Assembly (NCBI GenBank): GCA_051294375.1
Contig: CM119265.1
Coordinates: 29,102,540 to 29,166,539, forward strand
DNA from: Paraspadella gotoi
Lineage: Eukaryota; Animalia; Chaetognatha
Length of the DNA stretch: 64,000 bases
Direction of reading: 5' to 3'
Part shown: piece after piece, positions 36,901 through 50,200 of the stretch
How positions within the stretch are numbered: the first letter of the stretch is position 1
Layout of the letters: each line of letters begins with the position of its first letter
Notes under the pieces: generated by a model
The model's input: only the letters and a program-made list of their open reading frames with translations
The model's database searches: none
Told to the model about the DNA's origin: nothing
Translations under genes and position numbers: made by a program

Positions 36901-39228
36901 CAACGAACGAAAGACGACGAGAAGACGACGAACGAAGACGACCGACGAAGAGACGACGACGAAGACGACGACGAAGACGACGACGGAAGACGACCGGACG
37001 ACGACCGAAGACGACGACAGAAGACCACAACGAGACGATGAACGAAGACTGACGACGAAAGACACGGGACAAAGACGAAGACGGACGAGAAGACGCACAG
37101 ACTGACAAACGACGAAGACAGTACGACGACAAAGAGGAACGACCCAAGACGACGAAGACGACGACGAAGACGACGACGCAAGACGACGACGAAGACGACG
37201 ACGGAAGACTACGACGAAGACAGAAAGACGACGATGTTGAAGACGATGACAACGAACGAAGACGACGAACGACGAAGACGGACGACAAAGAACGAGTCGA
37301 CGACGAAGGACGGACGACGAGACGACGACGACGAAGACGACGACGACGACGACGAGGTTTTTGACCAAATTTTCTTGCAACTCATCATCAGCTTCATTCG
37401 CCTTTTAAGCGACTTTTTCTGTCTCAGAATTAACCCAAATCTTTGACGTCTTTTTCGATTAAAATTATTAATTAAGTAAATGTAATCATTTTATAAATAA
37501 GTCGATCAAATCAATCAATCAATCAATTAATCAATCAGTCAATTGAAAACTCATCGTTTCAAAGCAACGATCATTTGATTGATCATTTAGCTCTCTTTTC
37601 CGAAAAATCCCCATTTCAACCTAAATTGTTCTTAGGTTAAATAATTAGTGTTAGTGGGCTAGGAATAGAGAATAGGTTAGGTATAAGGGTTAAAGATTGA
37701 GATAGGAGTGAAGTTTGTGAGGAAGAATTCTGTAAATTTACAAAAATGTCAATAATATTTATCGGCCTATAAAAAAATTCCATTCCCTTTCACATTCCTA
37801 CTTTTGTTAAACAAAAGTAGTTCATATAAAAGTTCATTGTTATTTTTATTCTCGCACGCATTTTCCCTTCGATGTTATACTTGAAATAAACTCTCGTTCA
37901 TTTTCTTTGGTTTTCAAATTCTTTCACTAAAAATTCCGTCCTCCACTGGGTGGCAGCGGTGCGATTTCGAACCCACGCCTCCTGAGAGACTGGAAAGTTT
38001 TAGTTACGGATTAGGATTAGAAAATAAGGTTAAGGATTAGGAATTAAAGTTGGAAATTAAAAATATTGAAAGAGAAAAAGATTAAAATATTAAAAAAATT
38101 TGGGATTAAGTTAAAGTTTGGGGATAAGAATAAGTTTTTTTTAAAGAGAATTAGATCAAAATATATGTAATTAGAATAAGGAGTTATGATCTTAAAATAT
38201 TCCTTTTCCTTTCGTTATGTTTAGGAATTTTAGGGAATAACAGTTTTTGTGTTTAATAACGGATTGTCAATAAAATTCGTCATTAAAACACAAAAACTGT
38301 TATCTCCTAAAGGAGTTATAATTCTGAAAAAGGGGAGGCTCTCGAAAAATATCGCGCGAATTTATTTATATCAATTTTAATGAGTTTACCGACGATGAAA
38401 ACAGCAGCCAAGAAGGCAGCTCGTTTTATTGGTCGACAATGTCCGATTGCAGGTTGGCGTTGTTTCAACTTTCACTCCCACTTTTCTTCTCCCTAAATTT
38501 TACTCTCAACTTTTTCACTCCCACTTTTCACTCCACTTTTCACTCCCAATTTTTACTCCCACTTTTCACCCCACCCCCATTTTCACTCCCACTTTTCACT
38601 CCCAACTTTTCACTCCACTTCACTCCCACATTCACTCCCACTTTTCACTCTCACCAAAATTTGGTTCATGGATTCTGTTTTCGTTTCTATTCCCATTTGT
38701 CTTCATTCGTTCCCGTCGCCCTTTGGTTTTTTGCGTTGCTCTCGTCTGGTTTTGCCCAATCCGTAACATCAGCGACTATGGCAACGACAGAATCGAGCCA
38801 TCGCACCTTTTTTATCATAAAGATCTTTTCATTAGCTTTTTTGTCATAAAGATGTGGAAACTACTTAATGAATAAATTTAAGTAGCAACTGTTAGCATAC
38901 TGTATTTTAAGGACATGGGTCTTGGGTCATAGCAAATATGTTCACTAATGCGTAGTAAATTTCGAAATTTAACTTTAATTAACATTCTAAAAAGTGAGGA
39001 ACGGAACAACATTATACTAATGAACATTTATGTATGAAAAAAAATTATAATAAATTTACAATTTACGCAGGTAGCCATATTTATAGTATTATTATATACT
39101 AGTACTAATCCAATAAATGTTAAAATTTCAAAACAGTTTTTTCTAAGATTTTTTTGCAGTTTGGATTCGTCATAAAAAGTTTGATAACATGAAATATAAT
39201 CTTTTTTGAAAAATTCCTATTATCAAGT

Positions 39229-39298
<70 letters not shown>

Positions 39299-39335
39299 TT
39301 TCACGATCGTTTCGCTAGATTTTGATGACGGGATT

Positions 39336-39410
<75 letters not shown>

Positions 39411-40174
39411 GTTAAAACGTTGCGGATGTGTTTGATTCTTTTTCGGGAATAATTACATTTTTATGGATTCTCTGCCAGAATTTTCCTCATTTTTTTTTCT
39501 TTTCTTTTTATGTTGTTTTCTTTTTCTATTTTTTTTTGTTTTTTTCGAGTAACACTTACTAAAATATAAACTTTAAGACAAATATATATTTAGGTAACAA
39601 GCATTGAAACGTGGCCAAGCTATTTGATTCAAACAGTTAGGAACTTTCCATTACTCGCTTTCAAATTACTTCTATTCTATTTTATATATATCTCACTCTT
39701 TTTTTTGCTTCTTATTTGGTTTGTTAGTGTAAATTATGCCAGGTTGCTTTCTATTGATTTTATTAATAATCATCATCATTTCCATTACGATCATCATCAT
39801 CATCATTATCATCATCATCATCATCATTCCATTACTATCATCATCATCATCATCCATCATCATCATCATCATCATCTCATCATCATCATCATCATCATCA
39901 TCACGGATTCCATTCCATTTTTCCTTCATTCAGTCAGCGTCTTCTTCTTTTCAACATCAACTCTGATTTATCGCTGTTTTCTTGGTTTTGGTCACTGGTA
40001 ATCTCTCCCTCTCCTCATCTCTCTCTCTCTCTCCCTCTCCTCACTCTCCCTATCTCTCTCTCCCTTTCTCTCTCTCTTTACCTCTCTTTATCTCTCTACT
40101 CTCTTTCTCTTCTCTCTTCTCTCTCTCTCCCTACTCTCTCTCCCTCTCTCTCTCTATCTACTCTCTCTCAACTT

Positions 40175-40221
<47 letters not shown>

Positions 40222-40830
40222 CTTCTCTTCTCCTTCTCTCCTCTCTCTCTCTCTACCCTCTCTCTCCCTCTCTCCTTCTCTCTCTTCTCTCTCTCCTTCT
40301 CTCTCTTTCTCTCTACCTCTCTCTCTCTCTTTCTCTCCTCTCTCTCCTCCCTCTCTCTCTCTTTCTCTTCTCTCTTTCTCACTGTTTCTCTCTCCTTCTT
40401 TATATCTTTCTTTCTCTCTATCTCATTCTCTCTGGCATAATCTATATTTTCTCATCCCCTCATCTTCTTTCTGTGGTTCTCTCTTTATCTGTTTCTCTTT
40501 ATATTCTGTATATTTATTCTCTCTCATTCTTTCTATTTTATTTTCGGATGACAGAGTTATTGACAAGTGTAATCCCGATTGGCTTTGAAGAAGGAGAAAT
40601 AATTTGAAGAAGAAACAAGAGATAGGACATAAAAAATTGTATTTCTGATTGGCTGAGGCAATTCCGCTAGAGACTCAAAAGAAAAGAATAAAAAAAACAA
40701 AATTATTTGAAATATTATACCAAGAACTCTTAATTGAAAGCGTTTTGGGACCTGCTATGTCATTGTCTTGTAAGAGTCGTTAAGCCACCATGGTCTGTCT
40801 AAAGTCAGGGCAAATAGCTTATTATTAAAT
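33990..40830 (+). repeat. Copy 2 of the direct duplication, noisier, with an extra ~1-kb insert (34190-35205)
   Basis: Collinear with 28540-33920. The insert resembles the reverse complement of the 12230-12800 element. Confidence 0.85.
37947..37993 (-). pseudogene. Duplicate of the tRNA-Leu 3'-half fragment
   Basis: Same sequence as 31064-31110 with small indels, inside duplication copy 2. Confidence 0.8.
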
Positions 40831-41923
40831 GAATAGTTAATTGTATATTAGTTGTTACCAATTTCATACATATTTTTAAAATATACTAAATCTTATATTT
40901 TTGGCCTCCTCAATATTATTTTTTCTCTCTGACTAAAAAGTATATTTGTAATTTGTTCCGCGAGTTCCTTCCTAAAGACCCTGTGGCAATTTCAGGAACC
41001 TGGCTGGGAGCTTATGCGGTTAAATCCCCGAACTATGATATCGAATAGTCAATTTTGCAATTTAATCCACAACCTGTTTATGTTACTTTAACCCGCTATA
41101 GTTTTTGTTACATTTTCTACTCATAATATTCATACATCGAATGAAAGAAAATTGTTTTGTTCTTTTCCTTTTGTCTTTTTTTCTATTTGTATTTTGTATT
41201 TTTTCTTATTTTTTCCCTTTTCTTATTTTTTTTTCCTTTTTTCTTTTTTGCTCTTTCTTCTTACTTTTTAATTTCCTTCCCTTTTAATTTATTCTCTCCT
41301 TTTTAATCCTCTTCTCCCTTTTTTTTTTCTTTATCTTCCTCTTCCTCATTTTCTTTTCTTTTAACTCTCCTCTTCCTCCTTTTTATCTTTCCTTTTCCTC
41401 CCTTTTTTTTTAAACGAGTCTCATCCGATTTTTGACGCACCTCTTTCTTTCCTCCTTTTCCTTTCCTCCTTTTATTTCCTCCTTTTCCCTTTCTTCTTTT
41501 TTCTTTCCTCCTTTTTCTTTCCTACTTTTCCTTTCTTTCTTTTCCTTTTTCTATTTTTTCTTTTCCGCCTTTTTTTTCGCCGTTTTTTCTCTCCTTTTCC
41601 TTTCCTCTTTTTTTTCCTTCCTCTTTTTCTTCCTCATTTTTCCTTTCCCTTTTTTCCTTTGTTCCTTTCCTCCTCTCCCTCTTAACCTTCCTCCTGCTTC
41701 TTCCTCCTCCTCCTCATTTTCTTTTTCCTTCCTCCTCCTCCTCCTTCCTCCTCCTCCTCCTCCTCCGCGCGCCTTTCACCATAGCGACGTCACGACTTCA
41801 CCGTCCCACTTTTTTTCAATTCTTAACCTTAACTCATTGTCTCTCTCTCGCTCTCTTTCTTTCTCTGTCTCTGTCTCTCTGGAGTTTCCTTTCTGTTTCT
41901 TAGCCTGCTTTCTGTCCTTTCTT

Positions 41924-41993
<70 letters not shown>

Positions 41994-43105
41994 TGTCTCT
42001 TCTCCCTTTTTTAATTTTTCAATTTCTTATTTACTTTTCTTCTCTTTGTTATTCACTTTTTCTTTTTTCTTTNNNNNNNNNNNNNNNNNNNNNNNNNGAA
42101 TGAATAGTTAATTGTATATTAGTTACCAATTTCATACATATTTTAAAAAATACTATAAATCTTAATTTTTGCGCTCCTCAATATTATTTTTTCTCTCTGA
42201 CTAAAAAGTATATATGTAATTGTTCCGCGAGTTCCTTCCTAAAGACCCTGTGGCAATTTAGAAGAACCTGGCTGGGAGCTTATGCGTTAAATCCCCGAAC
42301 TATGATATCGAATAGTCAATTTTGCAATTATCCACAACCTGTTTATGTTATTAATATGTTACATTTTCTACTCATAATATTATCAATTGAAAGAAATTGT
42401 TTGTTCTTTTCCTTTTGTCTTTTTTCTTTTTGTATTTTATTTGTTTTTTTTTTATTTTCCCTTTCTTTATTTTTTTCCTTTTTTTCTTTTTGCTCTTTCT
42501 TCTTACTTTTTAATTTCTTCCTTTTAATTTATTCTCTTCCTAATCCCCTTTTTTTTTCTTTATCTTTCCTCTTCCTCATTTTTTTTCTTTTAACTTTCCT
42601 CTTCCTTCCTTTTATCTTTCCTTTTCCTCCCTTTTTTTTTAAACGAGTCTCATCCGATTTTTGACGCACCTCTTTTTTCTTTCTCCTTTCCTTCCTCCTT
42701 TATTTCCTCCTTTTCCTTTTCTCTTTTTTTTCCTCTTTTCTTTCCTACTTTTCCTCTTCTTTTTTTTCTCCTATTCCTTTCTTTTTTTCTTTCCTCCTTT
42801 CTTTTTGCTTCTGTTTTCTTTTTCCTTTCCTCGGTCCTCTTGCGTTCTTTCCTCCTTTCTTCCTCCCTTCCTTGCAACCTTTCCTCCTTCTCTTCCCCCT
42901 TCTGTCCTTCCTCCTCCTCCTCCTCCTCCTCCTCTCCTCCTCCGCGCGCCTTTCACCATAGCGACGTCACGACTTCACGGTCCCACTTTTTTTCAATTCT
43001 TAACCTTAACTCATTGTCTCTCTCTCGCTCTCTTTCTTTCTCTGTCTCTGTCTCTCTGGAGTCTCCTTTCTGTTTCTTAGCTGCTTTGTGCTTCTGTCTC
43101 GCTCT

Positions 43106-43165
<60 letters not shown>

Positions 43166-43240
43166 TGTCTCTTCTCCCTTTTTTAATTTTTCAATTTCTT
43201 ATTTACTTTTTCTTTCTTTGTTATTCACTTTTTTTCTTTT
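40830..43240 (+). repeat. ~1.2-kb direct duplication on either side of a 25-N gap (40830-42072 / 42098-43240)
   Basis: Both copies start gaatagttaattgtatattag and share ttccgcgagttccttcctaaagaccctgtggc and gcgcgcctttcaccatagcgacgtcacgac. Confidence 0.9.
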
Positions 43241-43750
43241 TTTTCTTTTTTATTTAAAAACTCTGTTTCTTTCATTTTTCTTCAAAAATCTTGACATTTT
43301 CTTTTGTCTTTTTTTCTTTTGCTTTTTCGTCTTTTTCTTTTTTATTTCTGTCATTTTTAGATTTACCTTTTTTATTTACTTATTTTTAATATAATAATTA
43401 TATTCATTGCGTCGGGGGTTTAATACATCGTTCAAACGTTATTTTAATTTACTCGTAAAAAAATGAGAGAAATAAACAGAAGAAATCATTCCAATTTTTT
43501 TTCTTTTTTATTTAAAAACTTTTTCTTTCATTTTTCTTCAAAAATCTTGACATTTTTCTTTTGTCTTTTTTCTCTTTTGCTTTTTCGTCTTTTTCTTTTT
43601 ATTTCTTTGTCATTTTTAGATTTTACCTTTTTTATTTACTTATTTTTAATAATAATTATAATTCATTGCGTCGGGGGTTTAATACATCGTTCAAATCGTT
43701 AATTTTAATTTACTCGTAAAAAAATGAAGAAATAAACAGAAAATCATTAA
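43235..43750 (+). repeat. ~255-bp tandem duplication (2 copies)
   Basis: cattgcgtcgggggtttaatacatcgttcaaa occurs at ~43405 and ~43665 with shared flanks. Confidence 0.9.
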
Positions 43751-44358
43751 AAAAATAATCACGAAACTCGTTCTAATTTTGGTTTTAAAGTAAGAAAATA
43801 ACTCGGGATTAATTTCACTAAATGTATGATATATTCTTAATTGAATGTTTATATCACTTTATATAACTTCAATACTATTATTATAGCATTACTGTCTTTG
43901 AATTATGTTAATATCGTTTTTGATGTTAATAAAAAAAAATATCACCTTAAACATTTTAAAAACCCGATATCAAAAACAATTGTTTCGTTTGCTTCGTTTG
44001 TTTCGTTAGTTTTTATTTGTTTCGTTTGTTTTGTTTTATTTTTTTTAATTTTTGGATCGAAGTTTTTTCTTTATCTTTTTTTTTAAACTTTAAACTGAAT
44101 CACAAGGAAGTCATTGAGAACTATCGCTCCTCCCACTTGCCTTTCCTTGTTAATATCAATTAAAATATTACACATTATTAATGGTTCTATTTCCTCCAAG
44201 TCGTTGTTCGCTTCTTTTTCAAATAAAAAAATAAGAAAGAAATTCAAAAACTCAGCGGCCATTTTCTCTTTTTCGCAATTTACAATAGAAGTAAATTTAA
44301 AATTCAAAGCTTGTCCGTGTCTCTCACTCTCTCTTTTTTTCAACTCTTCTCTTTCATA

Positions 44359-44393
<35 letters not shown>

Positions 44394-44486
44394 CTCTCTC
44401 CTCTCTCTCTCTCTATTCTTTTATTCTTTTCCTCTTTTCATCACCTTTCTCATCTCTGGTCTCAGCATCAACACCATCTGCCTTAC

Positions 44487-44571
<85 letters not shown>

Positions 44572-44709
44572 TCTCTCTCTCTCTCACTAACTATCTCCCC
44601 GGTTCACACTAGTCACAAACTTCGTCATCATTGGAATTTTTTTCACATTTCGTGACGATTTCCTCAGCATCTCGCTCTCTCTATTTCTCTCTTTCTCTGT
44701 CTGCCTGTT

Positions 44710-44796
<87 letters not shown>

Positions 44797-44946
44797 TTCT
44801 CTCTCTATTTCTCTCTCTCTCTCACTCCTCTTTTGGATTTCCTTTTACGCTTAATTAAGAAATAAAAAAACGGATTCTCCGCTACTTTGGTGCACGTGAG
44901 TTACTAAAATTCTTGGAGAGAGAGAAGAGAGAAGAGAGAGAGAGAG

Positions 44947-44985
<39 letters not shown>

Positions 44986-45148
44986 GAAATAGAAAGAGTG
45001 GAGTCTCTTTTCTTAAAAAAAAAATCGCGAACTAAAAATATATTTTTATTAGAAATTTAGAATTGATTTTTTTTTCGCTCAAAGTTAATCAAGATTTTGT
45101 TGGATTTTTTGAAATTTGATCCAGAAAATCCTTCAGGACAAATTCTAT

Positions 45149-45185
<37 letters not shown>

Positions 45186-45968
45186 GTCTCTCTCTCTCTC
45201 TTGCTTTTGCGTTAGTTTGAAAAACGTTAGTTTTATAATTTAGTGTTAGTATTTCTAAATCCCTTGTTAATTTTACATTCATTTTAGATTTTTAACATTT
45301 GGTCACAGAAAGCAATATTTGTTAGAAACACAACACAACATAGATTTTAAATTGTATTCCCGATTAAATAAAAGGAAAACAATAACACCGAAGTCCAGTT
45401 CTCGTTTTGCTTCTTTTTAGCTTTCCTAATTTGTTTTACTATTGTTTGCTTTTATATTTCTTCTTTTTCATTATTATTTTTATTTCTTTCTTTTTATATT
45501 TTTCTTTTTATTTATTTTTTTTTCGTTTCGTTTTCAATTTTTTTTTTCCTTTTAAATTTATTCCTTTCTTCTTTTTTCTCAAATTTTCTTCTTTTAATTT
45601 TCCGTCGAATTTTTTTAAATTTTTCTTTCTTTTTTCTTTTCGTCTCATCTTTCACTTTGTCACGTGATTCTCCTAAAAAAAATAAAGAAAAAAAATTATA
45701 GATAAAACAGTTTTTTTTTGTGGGATTTACAAGTGCAGTTTTTAAATTTTGCCCATATTTCGATTTGTAAACATAAATCATTTTTTAATGTAAATCAATG
45801 TAAATCGAACTATTAGCAAAAATTAAAAACTGCACTTGTAAATCCCATAAAAACCTGTCTTATCTCACCCGTGTATATGATGTCACTTAAAAAGAAAATT
45901 CTATTTTTAGTTCCTCCTCTTTCTCTCATTTTTTACCTGAATCATTTTATATTTCTTGTAATCAATTT

Positions 45969-46012
45969 TCTCTTTTGAGGCGTGGGTTCAAATCTCACCG
46001 CTGCCACCACCA
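45969..46012 (+). pseudogene. Independent tRNA-Leu 3'-half fragment ending in CCA(CCA)
   Basis: TCTCTTTTGAGGCGTGGGTTCAAATCTCACCGCTGCCA-CCA-CCA. Variable arm, T-arm and acceptor 3' strand of tRNA-Leu. Flanks differ from the 31064 copy. Confidence 0.8.
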
Positions 46013-46098
46013 GTAGTAGGAGTGGTTTATACCGGGAGAAACTAACTTAAATAAGGGAAATTATGATGATTAAAACTATTATTTAAAGTACAAAGGAA

Positions 46099-46641
46099 TG
46101 GTTAAATTTGTTATTTGTTAGCGGAATTAGTCTTTGGATTGTTTGGATGAGCGTGTTTTATTTGAATTCGTACTTTTTGTTGGCTTACGAAGTATCGTGA
46201 TTGATCAAGTATTTTAAACGTCGCTCTCTGATTTGGTTAGTCTTATGATTGTGCTACCAAAATATAAGAGATTGTGCTTACCTAAGAACTAGTGTAGGAT
46301 AAGTTTACCTAATATGATGGTCGTGACAGTCGGTAAAGCATTTATGAATATTTTTGTAATTTTATGGTTAAGGATTAAAGTTGATATTTTTTTAGTTCGT
46401 GTTTGTTTGTATCTTAGAAATAGTCTCCTTCGCACTTTGCTTTGTCCTCCTCGACTGCTTTTATGTCTCCCTTCGACTTGCTTGTATGTCTCCTTCTACT
46501 TGCTTGCACGTCTCACAGCTCCATGTTATGTCTACCTTACAATAATATTACTTAAATTTTACATTCTTCGAATCTTTATAAATAAATAGGCAAAGTCAGA
46601 ACCTAGCTCGCTCTACGGTGGTTACGGGTACAAAATCCTCA
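46099..46641 (+). repeat. 5' LTR
   Basis: Collinear with 54234-54802 (e.g. caagtattttaaacgtcgctctctga; gttacgggtacaaa(a)tcctca). Has an internal ~21-bp repeat gtctccttcgacttgctt and AATAAA. Confidence 0.88.
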
Positions 46642-47299
46642 ATAATCTATTTTCGACTTCGGACTTTAAGATAAACGGAGCCCTTTAAAAAAGGAACTCA
46701 AATCTCATTGATTCTCTGTTGCGCGTTCCTTCACGAGTCGGTCAGCGATTGGACTACACTAAGCGGCGTAGGGCGTAAGAAATAAGACTAAATTAAACCT
46801 CGCGAAGAAAGAAAAACGAATTTGCTTCTAAATAATAATCGTAAAAATTCGAATGAAATTTTAAGGATACACTGCGAATTCTGCGTAATAATTCCAAATC
46901 CTACGAAAATTAAAAAATTTATTCGCGATGGCGTCGTTTGTCTCGTAAATTCGAAAAATTTCATACATACTCTTTAACTTTAAAGAAACGGCGTTCTTCT
47001 TGCGTGTAAAGTTTCGAAGTTTATCTTTCATTAATCTTTTTTCTTGTACTCGTGTTTCCCTTTATTTAAAAAAGGAATTCTTTCTGGTTTAATCTCTCGC
47101 TTTCATTGTTTCTTTTATGGCGCCGTCTGCCAGCTTGCTTTCCTCTTAATATATAGGGTTGGCCTTTTGGCTTTTTTATATCTCGGTCTCAGTGTTTTGT
47201 GGTATTAAAATGGAATTTTTGAAAAATCCAATTGGTCTAACTCGTCAATACTCACAAGGGCGGGTAAATTAAAAAATGCCATCCTTCATCACCATAGAC

Positions 47300-50200
47300 A
47301 TTTACGGATTGGTTTAAAATCAAGTTGCTAAGCTGCCCAAACACTCTCACCGTAAATGAGAAAGCATTAATGTATTGGCAAACAAGCTCATGAAAGATTG
47401 AGCACACTTCTGGCTAGTTGAAACATACAATGAAGTTTGAAGGGTCGAGGGTTTTGACTAAGAGAAGGGAATCGGAAAATTCGAATAAGCATTACAGAAT
47501 GATGAAAAGGACAGAATCTCCACATTTCATGAACAAATGGAAGAGTTACTTAAGTCAATAAAATACGCTTTGCGCAATAACAATCTCTTGTCTAAATGCT
47601 ACCTAAGTCCTGTCTGTTAGATCTCAAGACTAGGCTTTGCGTCAAGGGAACCAAATGTATGTCAGGAAGTTTAAAATTAAAGGAAACGGAAAGAAAATAT
47701 AAACATCAGGAATTAAAAATTAATTGAAAAGGATCGTAGGCGTCAAAAGAAAGGGAAAGAAAGGGAAAATCATTAGATTGGAGAGAAAGCAAAAGAACTG
47801 CAGAAGGAATGGGAGAGAAGGCAAGTGGAATTAAACAATTTAGCCTTAAATTAAAAAAAACCAAAGAAGTACAATGAGAAAGAGGGAAAGGGAAAGGGAT
47901 GACTGGAAAAGGCTGAATTAATAAATTAAAATGATGATATCCAAATTTTACAAGATGATGCACCATTCCTAACACACTCCGGTTTACCAAAGACTCCTTC
48001 TGCCTTGAAAGTTACACATTGGAATGATATGAATAAACAAGAGAGGGCAATGGGGGGGGAGGCAGATGACTTGTTCATTTGCCTGAAGCTTCTACTTAAA
48101 TCAAATGAAGTCCCTCAATTTAAATCCATATAAAAGCACGAATTTAAACCGCTAAGCTTTAGCACTAAAACTCGGTTCCTCTGCTTATTTAACCCCAAAC
48201 ACATTGAGAAATCACCATTGCCCGCCAACAGCAAGATCTGGCAATTCTGGATTCCCATCCACTCTCAGGTTCCAATCCCAACCAAATCAAAAGCAATCAA
48301 TTTAAGCCAAGATGCTTCCACCTTCATGTTCTTGCAGCTCCTACTCAAAGCCTTGATCCGCATTATTTCTGGCATCTTCGGCTAAGCTTGGAGCGAAGCG
48401 CGGCCTAAGGAAGATAAGAGGTGAGAAGGGTGACAGCTATAGTTTAGCGTCCTTCCTTCTCGGTTTTATACTTTTGATGTAGAACGACTTCCTGGGGTAG
48501 ATGATGCGTGAAAAGTATCTTGAGTTGTTGAATGGACGATGGTGAGGCTCATAATTCCATTAAGCACTTTTATTTGGAAAATGAACTGGATGGCACCAAA
48601 GCTTTAGCTTATGCTAAACAAAAGTTAGTTCATCACTGGGTTAATAGGGCAACATACTGCTGCTGAAAAGATTACAGTGATATTATAAACAAGACACTTT
48701 AAGTAAAGGCGATCTTGTTGGTCTTAGAAACTGTTAATGGAGCCTTGAAGAAAGGCTAAAACATGCTCTCATGTCTGGGATTATGAAAGGTTTTTTCCTA
48801 ACATTGATCTTGTAAACATTTTGATTGATAAGCGCATTCCTTTTCTACCGTGATAAATGGCAATACTTTTCCATCACAAGTTGACCGTTTATCAAAAGCA
48901 TAAAAGAACAAATTTGAACCATTTCTTATACTTTCTGGATGATCAAGTCCAAACAGCTGGAGTCTCCATATGCTCGTCCAAGTTTTGCCTCCAAGAAAGG
49001 ATTGTATTTAAGTGCAGCTGCTAACACTGTCCAGACTTCACAATACTCTTAGTGCTTCCAATTATCCATAGTGCGCAAGGATTTCTCAGGGCTCAGCTAA
49101 TGAAAAGGCAATCTGTGTTACAAAGATTCCTAGTGATCAAGTAAAAGTTTTAACATTTTGCCTTTGTGGCACATAGTAACATTATTGTTCTGGTTGTCCT
49201 ACATTTTTAAAATGGGACCGAAGTGCAAAGATTTTTAGTATGCTAAAAGTAACTCGTTTATGCTTTCGGTGTTTGAATAAACATAAAATCTCTGACTGCA
49301 AAGATCAAAAAGTTATTCCTGTAAGACATGTAACTCTAAGCACAATACTGTCCTTATCAATGCGTCGCATCGGGCAACAAAAGATACTCAAGCAGCTGAT
49401 GATTCTATAACAAAGGTGAAACAATCAGTGCCATCACAAGATACAGATTGCAACATCTACAGATTCCTTGCTATCAATGATGGAGGTTTGAACTTTATAG
49501 AACCTCTTGTAGCCAATTCCATGTGAACCCACAAAGACAAACGGGAAACTGTTTATGGCATTGTTGGATACAGGGCAGTACAAGAACATGTTGTTCCACT
49601 GACTATCAAGAAAGATTAATTTCGCAACAAAAGTTTGGCTGACGGTGTCAACTCTTGATGCCTCCAAGACTGAAACTACGTTCCACAGTTCCTTTGACTT
49701 TACAAATCATAGATAATCATTTTAAGGCTGAACTGAAGTTGTTGTTGTTGCTCAAAGCCTTTCAATGGAAAGTGTCTCATTTCCCCACTTCAGACAAAGT
49801 TTACAAATTATCCTCATTTAAAAGATATAACAACTTACATGAAACAGGTGGCTCCTTTCAAGGGATTGATATGTAATTGATAAGGATATGGGTGATCTGT
49901 CCCATATCCCGATTTGTCGAGCCTGAGATGCGTTTTACTTGCGTCAGAGAGGCCACTCGGCAAGTCCCGTTGTCGAGGTTCCAGAAAGATCGCACGACAG
50001 TAGGAGAGAGAGAGAGTGGACAGTATTTGGCGGTAACTCTTCAGCCTGCTCTCAGTTTGAGTGTGATGCTATTAATTTTGACAATGAGGATTTTGTCAGC
50101 AAAGTTTGGATAAACGTTTTCCATCACGAAATTTAATGACCACCAGTATGAAGAAAAAGATTGTGAGTCCATAAATGGATAAAAAAGCTTTCTTGGAGTT

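Noticed and set aside
44083-44343. Minus-strand 86-aa ORF
   Set aside because: No recognisable motif, and an AT-rich context between microsatellites.
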